Shown: positions 1-10,570, counted from the stretch's first letter. The stretch: DNA of 64,000 bases from Bacteroidales bacterium (GCA_031548545.1 JAVBQY010000003.1:6899-70898), one strand, 5' to 3'. Translations and numbers: made by a program. Notes: generated by a model not told the origin, from the sequence alone.

Positions 1-434
1 GCGCAGGGATCAATGATATGAAATATCCCAGTCCGCTGGTAGCGGCCGGTTATGCCTTCAACAGCAGCCTGGCCCTCTCCGGCCGCTATAGTTTTGCCAT
101 AGGGGCGCCCGCCGGCTATGCGTTCACGGAACACAATATTGAAATTTATGCAGGCTACACGCCCCTGCAAATAGACGAGCACTGGTTTTTCACCCTCAAT
201 GCCGGTGGCATTGTAAAGCTCCAGGAGGTTACAGGACTCAACCCGTCTGTCAGGACGGGTCCCGTAAATGCAGGCTTCATGGCCGGCGCCGAAGCCGAAT
301 GGGCAATAGGCGTTTATTATGCCCTGTTTACTCAGGCCAATTACAGGCTATTGTTGCTGGATGAACAGCTCCGGCAGGAAATGTTTTATGGCGCCGGACT
401 ACGCATCAGCCTCAATGTTATTGGTGGGCATTAG
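1..434 (+). CDS. C-terminal part of a putative outer-membrane beta-barrel protein (gene begins upstream of the window)
   Basis: Frame is open from the window edge, with no stop between nt 3 and the listed ATG at 18. Alternating hydrophobic/aromatic strand-like pattern ([49 protein letters not shown]). Convergent 17-nt overlap with the recR stop. Confidence 0.35.
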   Translation, partial: AGINDMKYPSPLVAAGYAFNSSLALSGRYSFAIGAPAGYAFTEHNIEIYAGYTPLQIDEHWFFTLNAGGIVKLQEVTGLNPSVRTGPVNAGFMAGAEAEWAIGVYYALFTQANYRLLLLDEQLRQEMFYGAGLRISLNVIGGH

Positions 435-1041
435 GGGCAAAGGGCTGACGGTTCTTGATAGAGCGTCCCAGCGTGAGTTCATCCGTATATTCCAATTCAT
501 CACCAAAGCCTACACCACGGGCTATGGTGGTGACAGGGATATGGAAATCGCGTAGCTTCTTGTATAAGTAATAGCAGGTTGTTTCCCCTTCCATAGTGGT
601 ACTCAAGGCCAACACCACTTCTTTCACTCCGCCGCGGGCCATCCGCTCCATGAGCAGATCGATTTTCAGGTCGGCCGGCCCTATGCCGTCCATGGGAGAG
701 ATAATACCGCCCAGCACATGGTATAGTCCGTTGTACTGTTGGGTATTTTCAATACTCAACACCTCACGGATACTTTCTACCACGCAGATCACGGAAGCGT
801 CACGGCGCGGATTAGCGCAAATATCGCAGCGGTCGTTATCGGACAAGGTATTACACTCCGTACAGTGTTTGATTTCATTGCGCATGGCAATAAACGAACG
901 GCCAAAGCGTTCTACCTCTTGCTGCGGCTGCTTTAAAAGGTGCAAGGCCAAACGCAGGGCTGTTTTCCGGCCTACACCGGGCAGGCGCGACAGTTCGTCG
1001 ACGGCCGCCTGCAATAGTTTTGAAGGGAGCTGCTGATCCAT
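418..1041 (-). CDS. recR: Recombination protein RecR
   Basis: 207 aa. N-terminal helix-hairpin-helix [18 protein letters not shown]4 zinc finger [16 protein letters not shown], Toprim region [17 protein letters not shown] start. Confidence 0.95.
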   Translation of the reverse strand: MDQQLPSKLLQAAVDELSRLPGVGRKTALRLALHLLKQPQQEVERFGRSFIAMRNEIKHCTECNTLSDNDRCDICANPRRDASVICVVESIREVLSIENTQQYNGLYHVLGGIISPMDGIGPADLKIDLLMERMARGGVKEVVLALSTTMEGETTCYYLYKKLRDFHIPVTTIARGVGFGDELEYTDELTLGRSIKNRQPFAPNAHQ

Positions 1042-1593
1042 TTATTCCTTGCCTCCGGCGCCTACAAAATAATCGTTTTTATCTTTGAACAGTACATTAA
1101 AAGTAGTCAGGCTGCCGTAGATCCGGGAAATATATTGCTGCAGATCCACCTTGTCTTCATCCGTCAGTTTTTTGTGGCTGTTGATGTTTTGCTCCAGGAC
1201 GCGCAGGCGGTCACGGACCATCACCAGCTTATGAAAGAAGACTTCCAGGGGAATTTCCTTCGACAGGGAATCATTGCCGGGCTTGAGTAACATGGTTCCG
1301 TTATTCCAACGCTCCCCCATTTCCACATCATGGTCTATACCATTATATTTATCCAAGATATAGGTCAGTACATTTTCCACTTCGGCCAATGAGAGTTGTT
1401 TATTGTCTTCCGGCGCAGCGGCTTCTTCTACCACTTCCATGTCGGCCATGGCCGTATGCTTAGGAAAATTCATTTTGCCGCCGCGTTCAAATATAATTTC
1501 ATAATTGGTGAGTGTTGCCTTGTACACAAAACCGGCGCCATAACGTTCATGCTCTACCCGGGTGCCTACCGTCAATTCTTTTTCCTGTTCCAT
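1042..1593 (-). CDS. Hypothetical protein, abuts recR with zero gap; N-terminal Tudor/SH3-like GxxVxHxxYGxGxV motif
   Basis: 183-aa ORF with ATG start. The stop codon directly abuts the recR ATG. Motif GTRVEHERYGAGFVY resembles the small beta-barrel found at the PcrA/UvrD C-terminus and in DUF3553-type proteins. C-terminal half is predicted helical. Confidence 0.7.
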   Translation of the reverse strand: MEQEKELTVGTRVEHERYGAGFVYKATLTNYEIIFERGGKMNFPKHTAMADMEVVEEAAAPEDNKQLSLAEVENVLTYILDKYNGIDHDVEMGERWNNGTMLLKPGNDSLSKEIPLEVFFHKLVMVRDRLRVLEQNINSHKKLTDEDKVDLQQYISRIYGSLTTFNVLFKDKNDYFVGAGGKE

Positions 1594-1730
1594 ATTAAAT
1601 TAAAGTCTTTAAAAAAAGTAAAAATACATATTTTTTGGTAGACCAAGTATAAAGATATCACAAATATTGTTTATTTTTACCGTGATATATTTACAATCAT
1701 CTGCTCACAAGCAAAAAAAATCAACTCTAT

Positions 1731-2348
1731 ATGCGTTTATACTACAGTTTCTTTTTAAGCCTCCTGTTATTGTGGGGCGCCCCCCTTGGCCTTAAGGCGC
1801 AGCTCCCGGAAGCAGTAAGCAACCCTGCTATATCCGCCACCTGGCTGGGACTGGACTTTGAAGAGGCGCTGATTATCGGCGATGCCTCCCTGGACATGGA
1901 TTCTTTCCGTGGAATTTATGCTAAAAAAATCAATGACATGATCAACAGCGAATCCCGGCGTTACGACTTCAAGAAATACCTGCTGAAAAACGAGGTACGT
2001 TACGACACGGCTATGCTGAACGAGAGCAATGCGGATATTTTTAAGGATAATTTTGTACCGTCGGCGCCCGGACTGCAAAGTTTCACACCTGCAGCGCTAC
2101 AGGCTTTGGTAAACGGATACACCTTTAAAAACCAGGACGGCCTGGCGGTAGTCTTCATTGTAAGGGCTATGAACAAGACGAAAGGGACGTTAACAGGTAA
2201 CTTCACCTATATAGACAGGGCGACTAAAACCATTCTCTTTACCAGGGAATATACGGCAACGGCCGGAGGGGTAGAATGGGCCGCTTATTGGGCCAACGGC
2301 TTCCGCAGAATACTCATCGCCCTGCAGTCCGACCTGAAAAAAGGCTAA
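1731..2348 (+). CDS. Secreted hypothetical protein
   Basis: 205-aa ORF. N-terminal signal peptide [26 protein letters not shown]-rich divergent promoter region upstream. No family recognised. Confidence 0.65.
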   Translation: MRLYYSFFLSLLLLWGAPLGLKAQLPEAVSNPAISATWLGLDFEEALIIGDASLDMDSFRGIYAKKINDMINSESRRYDFKKYLLKNEVRYDTAMLNESNADIFKDNFVPSAPGLQSFTPAALQALVNGYTFKNQDGLAVVFIVRAMNKTKGTLTGNFTYIDRATKTILFTREYTATAGGVEWAAYWANGFRRILIALQSDLKKG

Positions 2349-3070
2349 CGCCGCAGCTCAAAATTCTGTCCGAGGTACTTGCGGCGCACCTCTTCATTGG
2401 CCGCCAGGTCTTCGGCCGTACCCTTCTCCAGAATACTCCCGTCATACAGCAAATAGGCCCGGTCTGTAATAGCCAGGGTTTCATGTACATTATGGTCGGT
2501 AATAATAATACCGATATTCTTCTCTTTGAGCTTGGCAATAATAGACTGAATATCCTCCACCGCTATGGGGTCCACGCCGGCAAAGGGCTCGTCAAGCAAA
2601 ATAAATTTAGGCGAAATGGCCAGGGCGCGGGCTATTTCACAACGGCGGCGTTCACCGCCGGAAAGCTGTATTCCATAGCTTTTACGCACCTTGTGTAAAT
2701 GAAATTCGTTGATCAGCTCTTCCAATTTTTCACGGCGGGCCTCCTGGGTCATCCTGGTCATTTCCATGACCGACATGATGTTTTGTTCTACCGTCAGCTT
2801 CCGGAATACCGAAGCCTCTTGCGCCAGATAGCCGACGCCAAGCTGGGCGCGGCGGAACATAGGTTCTTTGGTGATATCCGTATCATCCAGAAAGATCTGT
2901 CCGCTATTGGCCTTGATCAGCCCCACGAACATATAAAAGGTAGTGGTTTTCCCGGCACCGTTGGGTCCCAGCAGCCCTACAATCTCTCCCTGTTCCACCT
3001 GAATGGAAACCCCCTTCACCACGGTACGCACACCGTACCTCTTTACTAAGTCTTTACAATGTAATAACAT
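2345..3070 (-). CDS. lptB: LPS export ABC transporter ATP-binding protein LptB
   Basis: 241 aa. Walker [13 protein letters not shown] signature LSGGERRR, Walker [12 protein letters not shown]. Length and C-terminal extension are typical of LptB, and the gene sits next to kdsD. Confidence 0.92.
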   Translation of the reverse strand: MLLHCKDLVKRYGVRTVVKGVSIQVEQGEIVGLLGPNGAGKTTTFYMFVGLIKANSGQIFLDDTDITKEPMFRRAQLGVGYLAQEASVFRKLTVEQNIMSVMEMTRMTQEARREKLEELINEFHLHKVRKSYGIQLSGGERRRCEIARALAISPKFILLDEPFAGVDPIAVEDIQSIIAKLKEKNIGIIITDHNVHETLAITDRAYLLYDGSILEKGTAEDLAANEEVRRKYLGQNFELRR

Positions 3071-3102
3071 GTTAAAAATAATTATTCATTATTCATTGTT
3101 CA

Positions 3103-4083
3103 CTAAACAATCCCCTCCCGCATCAGATCATGCACATGGACCATACCCTCGTATTGTCCGTCCCTGAGCACGATCAGTTGGGATATTTCATTTTTTTCCA
3201 TCAGGCCGAAGGCATTTACCGCCAATTCTTCGGCGTCAATTGTCCGGGGGTTGCCGGCCATAATATCGCCGGCCGTCAATTGGTCGAAGCGCGGATACTT
3301 TTCCAGCATACGACGCACATCCCCATCGGTCACTATACCTACCAGTTGTTCCTGTTCATTGATAACCACCGTTGCGCCCAAACGGTTCGCCGATATCTCC
3401 ACGATGGTCTTCGTAATCCCGTCTGTGGGGCTTACACGGGGCTTCAGGGCCGGGTTGACGACATCTATAACCCGGAGGTACATTTTTTTCCCCAAAGCGC
3501 CACCCGGATGCACCCGGGCAAAGTCCTTGGCCGAAAAGCCACGCAACTGCAGCAGGCATACCGCCAGGGCGTCGCCCATCACCAACTGCACGGTGGTACT
3601 GGTCGTGGGGGCCAGGTTATTAGGACAGGCTTCGGCATCAACCGGTGTGGAAAGTACATAATCCGCCTGTTGGGCCAGGTAGGAGTCCAGATTGGACACC
3701 ATGGCGACCAATTTATTACCGCCAATATTACGGATCAGAGGTACCAGCATTTTAATTTCCGGCGTATTTCCACTCTTAGACAGGCAAAGCACCACATCCT
3801 CGGGCTGGATAATACCCAGGTCACCGTGAATAGCATCGGCTGCATGCATAAAAATCGCAGGGGTGCCGGTAGAGTTCAAAGTGGCTACTATTTTGGAGGC
3901 GATAATCGCACTTTTTCCTATACCCGAAACAATAACACGCCCCTTACTTTCATGGATTAACCGGACAACGCGGGCGAAACTGTCATCTATGGCGCCGGCC
4001 AATCCGGATACGCCTGCCGCCTCTGTTCTGATCGTCTCTATGGCCAGGGCGGCTATTTCTTTTTCCGTGTATTTCACTAACAA
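3103..4083 (-). CDS. kdsD: Arabinose-5-phosphate isomerase (KpsF/GutQ family; SIS domain plus tandem CBS domains)
   Basis: 326 aa. SIS motif VIVSGIGKSAIIASKIVATLNSTGTPA and LSKSGNTPE; C-terminal CBS pair. The start is non-ATG, either TTG at 4083 or GTG at 4077. Confidence 0.9.
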   Translation of the reverse strand: MLVKYTEKEIAALAIETIRTEAAGVSGLAGAIDDSFARVVRLIHESKGRVIVSGIGKSAIIASKIVATLNSTGTPAIFMHAADAIHGDLGIIQPEDVVLCLSKSGNTPEIKMLVPLIRNIGGNKLVAMVSNLDSYLAQQADYVLSTPVDAEACPNNLAPTTSTTVQLVMGDALAVCLLQLRGFSAKDFARVHPGGALGKKMYLRVIDVVNPALKPRVSPTDGITKTIVEISANRLGATVVINEQEQLVGIVTDGDVRRMLEKYPRFDQLTAGDIMAGNPRTIDAEELAVNAFGLMEKNEISQLIVLRDGQYEGMVHVHDLMREGIV

Positions 4084-4115
4084 GAATTTGTTTTTTTAAA
4101 AATATGTTGTAACTT

Positions 4116-4123
4116 TAGCTTTG
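4116..4123 (+). promoter_or_regulatory. Bacteroidota -7 promoter box TAGCTTTG upstream of recQ
   Basis: Exact match to the TAnnTTTG consensus, 16 nt before the recQ ATG, inside the divergent kdsD/recQ intergenic region. Confidence 0.5.
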
Positions 4124-4138
4124 CAAAGATAGCAAAAA

Positions 4139-6331
4139 ATGGTTATCACGAACGATATACTGTACGGTCAGTTAAAAAAATATTTCGGATTTGAGGCGTT
4201 TAAAGGGCTTCAGGAGCCGATCATCAAAAATGTACTGGAGGGGAACGACACATTCGTACTGATGCCCACCGGTGGTGGAAAGTCATTATGCTACCAGCTC
4301 CCCGCCTTGATTTTGGATGGTACGGCCATTGTTATTTCACCGCTCATCGCCCTGATGAAAAACCAGGTGGATGCCATCCGGGGCTTTATTACCGATAATA
4401 ACGGGGTGGCGCATTTCCTCAACTCCTCATTAAATAAGCAACAGTTGCAGGAAGTCCGTGAAGACCTCTTGCGGGGGGTGACCAAATTATTATATGTGGC
4501 GCCAGAATCCCTCACCAAGGAAGACAATATAAACCTGTTGAAACAGTTGAAGATTTCTTTCTATGCGGTGGACGAAGCGCACTGTATTTCCGAGTGGGGG
4601 CATGATTTCCGCCCGGAATACCGCCGGATCCGCCCGCTGATCAATGAAATCGGACACGCACCCCTGATTGCGCTCACGGCCACGGCGACCCCAAAGGTGC
4701 AGCATGACATCCAAAAAACACTGGGCATGTCGGAGTCGCTGGTATTCAAATCCTCTTTCAACCGTCCCAACCTTTACTATGAAATCCGCGCCAAGGTCAA
4801 CACGGAAAAAGAGATCATCAAATTCATCAAGAATAACGATAAAAAAAGCGGCATCATCTATTGCCTGAGCCGCAAAAAAGTGGAAGACCTGGCAGAATTG
4901 CTAAAGGTGAACGGCATCAACGCACTGCCCTACCATGCCGGGATGGACGCCGCGACCCGCTCCAATAACCAGGACCGTTTTCTGATGGAAGGGGTTGATG
5001 TGATCGTCGCTACCATAGCCTTCGGAATGGGGATAGACAAGCCCGATGTGCGTTTCGTAATCCATTATGATATTCCGAAAAGCCTGGAAGGTTATTACCA
5101 GGAAACCGGCCGCGCCGGACGTGACGGCGGCGAAGGACAATGTATTACCTTTTATAACTATAAAGACATCCAGAAACTCGAAAAATTCATGCAGGGCAAA
5201 CCGATCGCCGAACAGGAAATCGGCAAGCAACTCCTGCAGGAAACCGTAGCTTATGCGGAATCCAGCGTTTGCCGGAGAAAACTGCTATTGAATTATTTCG
5301 GAGAGGATTATATAGAAGAGAATTGCGGCTGTTGTGACAACTGCCTGCATCCCCGCAAGCAGTTTGAGGGACAGGAATACCTGATCCAGGTACTGGAAAC
5401 CGTACTGGCGGTAAAAGAAAAGTTCAAGGCCGAGCATATCACCAATATTCTGACCGGGATACTGAATTCCACCATCAAATCTTACCAACACCACGAGCTG
5501 GGCCTCTTCGGCGACGGAGCCGACAAAAACACGCATTTCTGGAATGCCATCATCCGCCAGGGCCTTATCCTGCACTTCCTGGAAAAAGAGATTGAAAATT
5601 ACGGCCTGTTGAAGCTCACGCCCAAAGGCCGGGCCTATCTCAAGGAACCCTATCCCATACAACTGTATGAAGACCACGAATATGCCGAGAGTGATGACAC
5701 GGACGACCTCTTATCTGGTCAAAAAGGAGGCAGCGGCAGTGATGAAGAACTCATAGCGTTGTTAAAGGACCTAAGGCACAGTCTCTCCAAGCGCCTCAAC
5801 CTGCCCCCCTTCGTCATCTTTCAGGATCCCTCTCTGGAAGACATGGCCATACAATACCCTATCACCCTTGATGAGTTGAAAAACTGCCAGGGGGTTGGCG
5901 AAGGCAAGGCAAAAAAATACGGCAGTGAATTTATCACCCTCATCAAACGTTATGTAGAGGAGAAAGAAATAGAACGGCCCCAGGATTTTGTGGTGAAATC
6001 CGTAGTCAACAAATCCGGCGCTAAAGTTTTCATCATCCAAAGTATAGACCGTAAAATGTCACTCGAAGATATTGCAGACGTGAAAGGTTTCCAGATGGAT
6101 GAACTGCTGACGGAAATAGAAGCTATTGTCAACTCCGGAACCCGGCTGAACATTGACTATTACATCAACGAGGCCATTGATGAAGAAAAGGTAGATGAAA
6201 TTTATACCTACTTCAAAGAGGACGCTGAGAATGAAAGCCTCGAAGCTGCGATGAAAGAATTGGGCAATGACTTCACGGAAGAAGAAGTGCGGCTGGTGCG
6301 CGTCAAATTCATGAGCGAAGTGGCCAATTAA
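4139..6331 (+). CDS. recQ: ATP-dependent DNA helicase RecQ
   Basis: 730 aa. Motif I MPTGGGKSLCYQLPA, DEAH box VDEAHCISEWGHDFRPEY, zinc-binding CRRKLLLNYFGE...CGCCDNC, C-terminal HRDC-like region. Confidence 0.95.
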   Translation: MVITNDILYGQLKKYFGFEAFKGLQEPIIKNVLEGNDTFVLMPTGGGKSLCYQLPALILDGTAIVISPLIALMKNQVDAIRGFITDNNGVAHFLNSSLNKQQLQEVREDLLRGVTKLLYVAPESLTKEDNINLLKQLKISFYAVDEAHCISEWGHDFRPEYRRIRPLINEIGHAPLIALTATATPKVQHDIQKTLGMSESLVFKSSFNRPNLYYEIRAKVNTEKEIIKFIKNNDKKSGIIYCLSRKKVEDLAELLKVNGINALPYHAGMDAATRSNNQDRFLMEGVDVIVATIAFGMGIDKPDVRFVIHYDIPKSLEGYYQETGRAGRDGGEGQCITFYNYKDIQKLEKFMQGKPIAEQEIGKQLLQETVAYAESSVCRRKLLLNYFGEDYIEENCGCCDNCLHPRKQFEGQEYLIQVLETVLAVKEKFKAEHITNILTGILNSTIKSYQHHELGLFGDGADKNTHFWNAIIRQGLILHFLEKEIENYGLLKLTPKGRAYLKEPYPIQLYEDHEYAESDDTDDLLSGQKGGSGSDEELIALLKDLRHSLSKRLNLPPFVIFQDPSLEDMAIQYPITLDELKNCQGVGEGKAKKYGSEFITLIKRYVEEKEIERPQDFVVKSVVNKSGAKVFIIQSIDRKMSLEDIADVKGFQMDELLTEIEAIVNSGTRLNIDYYINEAIDEEKVDEIYTYFKEDAENESLEAAMKELGNDFTEEEVRLVRVKFMSEVAN

Positions 6332-6335
6332 ACCT

Positions 6336-7565
6336 TTATTCTACGTATAACACCAAACCTTTAAGGTACTCCCCCTCCGGGTGGTAAATATTTACCGGAT
6401 GATCTGCCGGCTGGGTAAGCTGATGCAAAATGCGTACGCGGCGGCCGGCCATAGCGGCGGCAGAGAATACGGCATTGCGGAAATCGGTCCGGTCTACCAC
6501 TTGCGAACAACTGAAAGTAAAGATAATGCCACCGGGAGCTATACGTGTAAAGGCCGCTGCGTTCAAGCGCTTATAGGCCTGCAGGGCGTTTTTCAGCGCA
6601 CCCCTGTGTTTAGCAAATGCCGGAGGGTCCAGGATCATCAGGTCATAGGCATTGGGCTGAACGTTGCGAAGAAATTCAATGGCATCTGCAGTATAGGAAC
6701 TGTGTGTTCCTTTGATGGTTGCCCGACCGTTCAGGGCGACGTTCCTGTCCACCATATCCATGGCTTTTTGCGAGGCATCGACAGAATGCACCTGCCGCGC
6801 GCCGCAGCCAAGGGCGTAGACGGAAAAACCACCCGTATAGCAGAAAAGGTTCAGTACGGAACGTCCCGCCGCATAATGGCCCAACAGGGCGCGGTTATCA
6901 CGCTGGTCCAGAAAAAAGCCTGTTTTTTGCCCCTGTTCCCAATCCACTGCAAAACGGAAACCATTTTCCAGCACCTCGCCGGAAGGAGCCGCCCGGTGGT
7001 AAAGATATGCATCCGCCGTATCCTGGTTTTCTTTACTGGCCAGGGTTCCGGAACTCTTGTCATATACAGCGGCCAAGCGGTCACCATATAAACGCTGCAA
7101 AGCCTGTGCGATCACAGGCCGGGCGCGGAACATCCCTATGGAATGCGCCTGCAACACAGCCGTATCTCCGTAAATATCAATAATCAGGCCCGGAAGGTGA
7201 TCCCCCTCTCCGTGCACCAGGCGATAACAAGAAGTGGACGGTGAGGGATGCGGAGCAGGAGATACAACCGGATGGTCAGCATCAACCGCCAACTTGCAAC
7301 TTTCGCGTAAGGCCAGCGCATTCCGCAAGGCCTTATCCCAAAATATATCATCTATGGCACATGGCTCAAAGGCAAGCACCCGCACGGTAATAGAACCTTG
7401 CTGGTAATGCCCTGTAGCCAAAAAATCACCATTGGAAGCATAGACCTCCACCACATCGCCCTCTGCGGGCTGCCCTTTGATCCGGTCTATAGCGCCGGAA
7501 AATACCCAGGGGTGGAAGCGCCGCAGGGAATCCTCTCTCCCTTTTTTCAAGAATAGTTGTACCAT
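6336..7565 (-). CDS. rlmI: 23S rRNA m5C methyltransferase RlmI-like (PUA plus class I SAM methyltransferase)
   Basis: 409 aa. N-terminus KGREDSLRRFHPWVFSGAI closely parallels E. coli RlmI. Also QKTGFFLDQRDNR, SAM-binding LNLFCYTGGFSV, DPPAF, and C-terminal PEGEYLKG. Confidence 0.85.
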   Translation of the reverse strand: MVQLFLKKGREDSLRRFHPWVFSGAIDRIKGQPAEGDVVEVYASNGDFLATGHYQQGSITVRVLAFEPCAIDDIFWDKALRNALALRESCKLAVDADHPVVSPAPHPSPSTSCYRLVHGEGDHLPGLIIDIYGDTAVLQAHSIGMFRARPVIAQALQRLYGDRLAAVYDKSSGTLASKENQDTADAYLYHRAAPSGEVLENGFRFAVDWEQGQKTGFFLDQRDNRALLGHYAAGRSVLNLFCYTGGFSVYALGCGARQVHSVDASQKAMDMVDRNVALNGRATIKGTHSSYTADAIEFLRNVQPNAYDLMILDPPAFAKHRGALKNALQAYKRLNAAAFTRIAPGGIIFTFSCSQVVDRTDFRNAVFSAAAMAGRRVRILHQLTQPADHPVNIYHPEGEYLKGLVLYVE

Positions 7566-7571
7566 AAAATT

Positions 7572-8468
7572 TTAACAGCCGATTAACCGGCAGTGCTCCG
7601 ATTTGGTCTCCAGCTCAATTGTAGCATGGTTCACATGAAAATCCTCACACACTTGCCGTATATTGATTTTTAATAATTGTTGCTCCCCGGCGGTAACGGC
7701 ATCCTCCGTTACCACATGCAGGGTCATGATATGTTCCTCTCCGTCGAGCGTCCAGAGATGCAGGTCGTGTACCGATAAAACCCCCGGCAACGCACTGATT
7801 CCCGCCAAGAGCCGTTCCATATCCACCCCTGCCGGCACCTCCTGCAATAAGACTTTCAGCGCGCCTTTCAGATTGTTGTACACATTACTCAACACCCACA
7901 TACAGATACCGATAGACAATAGCGGGTCTATGAGCGGAAAATCCACAAACAACATGACCACACTGGCTACAAGCACCGCCATCCAGCCCAGCACGTCTTC
8001 CATAATGTGCAGGAAAACGGCCCTTTCATTCAGGGATGAGCCTTTCTTCAGGCGCAAGGCCGCCACGCCGTTCACCACAATACCGGCCACAGCCAGCCAA
8101 AACATACCGGCGGCTTTTGCCTCTTCCGGATGGATAATACGTACTACCGCCTCCCGGATAATAAACACGGAGCCCACTATCAGGACGACCGATATAAACA
8201 GGGCGCCCAGCAGGGAAAAACGGCGGTATCCGTAGGTATAATGCTTGTCACGGCCGCGGGCAGACACTTTTTGCAGGTACCAGGAAACACCCAGTGCAAT
8301 ACTATCGCCGAAGTCATGCATGGCATCCGAAAGAATGGCTACGCTATTGGTCCACAATCCTCCGGCCAGCTCTATACAGGCAAATACCAGATTGAGGAAG
8401 AAAGCCACGGTGATATTTTTCGAGGCCCCGGCTTGCGTATGGTGTGCATGCGTATGATCGTGTTCCAT
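7572..8468 (-). CDS. Cation diffusion facilitator (CzcD/ZitB-like) metal efflux transporter
   Basis: 298 aa. His-rich N-terminus MEHDHTHAHH, six predicted TM segments, metal-site motifs SDAMHDFGD and HIMEDVLGW, cytoplasmic C-terminal domain. Confidence 0.9.
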   Translation of the reverse strand: MEHDHTHAHHTQAGASKNITVAFFLNLVFACIELAGGLWTNSVAILSDAMHDFGDSIALGVSWYLQKVSARGRDKHYTYGYRRFSLLGALFISVVLIVGSVFIIREAVVRIIHPEEAKAAGMFWLAVAGIVVNGVAALRLKKGSSLNERAVFLHIMEDVLGWMAVLVASVVMLFVDFPLIDPLLSIGICMWVLSNVYNNLKGALKVLLQEVPAGVDMERLLAGISALPGVLSVHDLHLWTLDGEEHIMTLHVVTEDAVTAGEQQLLKINIRQVCEDFHVNHATIELETKSEHCRLIGC

Positions 8469-8511
8469 AAGACAAAGGTAGGTTTTTTTATGAAAATTGA
8501 AAAATTCTAAC

Positions 8512-8519
8512 TAACTTTG
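8512..8519 (+). promoter_or_regulatory. -7 promoter box TAACTTTG upstream of rpsA
   Basis: TAnnTTTG match 67 nt upstream of the rpsA ATG. Confidence 0.5.
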
Positions 8520-8586
8520 CAGGCTCTTTCGAAAGAAAGTCAATAAATAATGTCTAACCTGTTAATTTAAAAATTCTTACAAAAAA

Positions 8587-10470
8587 ATGACCAAAATTAA
8601 CGACAAGCTCGTGGATGACGAAGTACAGCTTCCCAAACACGAAGAAGAAATTGAAACCGTTATGGAAGAAGGCAATGAAGACGTGCTGCCTAAAAAAGCC
8701 CGCGTAAGCAACGCCTCCGTACCGGCAGAAAAATTTGACTGGGACACCTTTGAAAACGATTCATCCGTTTACGGCACCAGCAAAGAAAATGTAGAACAAC
8801 AGTATGACCAGACCCTGTCGAAAATCATTGAAAACGACGTGGTGGAAGGTACCGTTGTCACCCTGAACAAACGTGAAGTTATTGTAAACATCGGTTACAA
8901 GAGCGAAGGCGTAATCAACATCAACGAATTCCGCTACAACCCCGAACTTAAAGTGGGTGATAAGGTGGAAGTATATGTAGACAACGCCGAAGACAAACAC
9001 GGACAATTGATGCTTTCTCACAAGAAAGCCCGTGCACTGCGCTCTTGGGATCGTGTAAACCAGGCCCTCGAAGCGGACGAAATCGTAAAAGGCTATATCA
9101 AATGCCGTACGAAAGGCGGTATGATCGTAGACGTATTCGGAATCGAAGCCTTCCTCCCCGGATCGCAAATCGATGTTAAACCTATCCGCGACTATGATAT
9201 ATATGTGAACAAAACCATGGAATTCAAGATCGTTAAGATCAACCATGAATTCCGCAACGTGGTGGTATCACACAAAGCCCTTATCGAAGCAGAACTCGAA
9301 GCCCAGAAGAAAGAAATCATCGGCCGCCTTGAAAAAGGACAGGTACTCGAAGGTGTGGTTAAAAACATCACCTCTTACGGTGTATTCATCGACCTCGGCG
9401 GTGTGGACGGACTTATCCACATTACCGACCTCTCTTGGGGCCGTATCAACCATCCCGAAGAAATCGTACAATTGGATCAGAAGATCAACGTGGTTATCCT
9501 TGACTTCGATGACGCCAAAAAACGTATTGCGCTCGGCTTGAAACAGCTGACCCCGCACCCCTGGGATGCTTTGGACCAGAACCTCAAAGTGGGTGACAAG
9601 GTGAAAGGCCGCGTAGTGGTAATTGCCGACTACGGTGCGTTTATCGAAGTACAACCCGGCGTTGAAGGTTTGATCCACGTATCTGAAATGTCATGGTCTC
9701 AACACCTGCGCAGCGCTCAGGACTTCCTGAAAGTAGGCGACGAAGTGGAAGCCGTGATCCTGACCCTCGACAAAGACGAACGCAAGATGTCTTTGGGCAT
9801 TAAACAACTGAAACCGGATCCCTGGCAGGATATTACCCAACGCTACCCCGTTGGTTCACGCCACCAGGCCAAAGTTCGCAACTTCACCAATTTCGGTGTG
9901 TTCGTAGAACTGGAAGAAGGTGTTGACGGCCTGGTACACATCAGCGATTTGTCCTGGACCAAGAAAATTAAACACCCGAGTGAATTCACCGCTATCGGTG
10001 ACACCCTGGAAGTGGTAGTACTGGAAGTAGACCAGGACAACCGCCGCCTCAGCCTCGGTCACAAACAACTGGAAGAAAATCCCTGGGATGTATTCGAAAC
10101 CATCTTTACGGTAGACTCTATCCACGAAGGCACCATCACCTCTATTACCGACAAAACGGCATTCATCGCATTGCCCTACGGTGTAGAAGGTATGTCCAGC
10201 CTGAAACAACTGACCAAGGAAGACGGCGCCGTTGCCAAGGTAGATGAAAAACTGCCGTTCAAAGTACTGGAGTTCAACAAGGGCGCTAAACGCATCACCT
10301 TGTCGCACACCCGCACTTTCGAAGAAGCTAAACGCGAAGCTGAAACCAAAGAACGCAACGCCGAAGCGGACAGCACACAGAAAGCCGTGAAAAAATTGAA
10401 AGCCAATCTGGAAAGAACCACCTTGGGCGATATCGACGCACTGGCAGCGCTGAGCAGAAACGAACAATAA
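8587..10470 (+). CDS. rpsA: 30S ribosomal protein S1
   Basis: 627 aa. Six repeated S1 OB-fold modules (G..V.G.V......G.F...G.EG..H.SE pattern). Acidic N-terminal extension typical of Bacteroidota S1. Confidence 0.95.
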   Translation: MTKINDKLVDDEVQLPKHEEEIETVMEEGNEDVLPKKARVSNASVPAEKFDWDTFENDSSVYGTSKENVEQQYDQTLSKIIENDVVEGTVVTLNKREVIVNIGYKSEGVININEFRYNPELKVGDKVEVYVDNAEDKHGQLMLSHKKARALRSWDRVNQALEADEIVKGYIKCRTKGGMIVDVFGIEAFLPGSQIDVKPIRDYDIYVNKTMEFKIVKINHEFRNVVVSHKALIEAELEAQKKEIIGRLEKGQVLEGVVKNITSYGVFIDLGGVDGLIHITDLSWGRINHPEEIVQLDQKINVVILDFDDAKKRIALGLKQLTPHPWDALDQNLKVGDKVKGRVVVIADYGAFIEVQPGVEGLIHVSEMSWSQHLRSAQDFLKVGDEVEAVILTLDKDERKMSLGIKQLKPDPWQDITQRYPVGSRHQAKVRNFTNFGVFVELEEGVDGLVHISDLSWTKKIKHPSEFTAIGDTLEVVVLEVDQDNRRLSLGHKQLEENPWDVFETIFTVDSIHEGTITSITDKTAFIALPYGVEGMSSLKQLTKEDGAVAKVDEKLPFKVLEFNKGAKRITLSHTRTFEEAKREAETKERNAEADSTQKAVKKLKANLERTTLGDIDALAALSRNEQ

Positions 10471-10508
10471 ATACAGGGCTAAACAACTGCCCTTACGTAT
10501 TATAAAGG

Positions 10509-10539
10509 TCCGGAATTCTTACGAATTCCGGATTTTTTT
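10509..10539 (+). terminator. Rho-independent terminator after rpsA
   Basis: Perfect 10-bp stem TCCGGAATTC / GAATTCCGGA with a TTAC loop, followed by T7. Confidence 0.75.
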
Positions 10540-10570
10540 ATTATATTTGTTTCCTATTACTTTTGCATGC

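Noticed and set aside
2345-2348. Convergent 4-nt stop-codon overlap (CTAA) between the 205-aa secreted protein gene and lptB. Also the 1-nt TAATG overlap of tig/clpP at 63232 and the 4-nt overlap of the hslR-like gene and the OMP gene at 59006-59009.
   Set aside because: These are ordinary features of compact bacterial gene packing, with no evidence of special function.
10547-10570. N-terminal ORF extensions listed in the six-frame track: 10547 for the S41 peptidase, 32097 for pepT, 35427 for msrC, 58410 for the hslR-like gene, 53779 for the DUF262 gene, 13879 for the phosphoesterase, 50222 for the LuxR-type gene.
   Set aside because: The 10547, 32097, 53779, 13879 and 50222 starts are TTG or GTG codons. 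Of these, 10547, 53779 and 50222 sit inside TAnnTTTG promoter boxes. The 35427 and 58410 extensions overlap the neighbouring gene (comEC 3' end, gcvT start region). In-frame ATGs further in give canonical N-termini: a signal peptide or a conserved family start.
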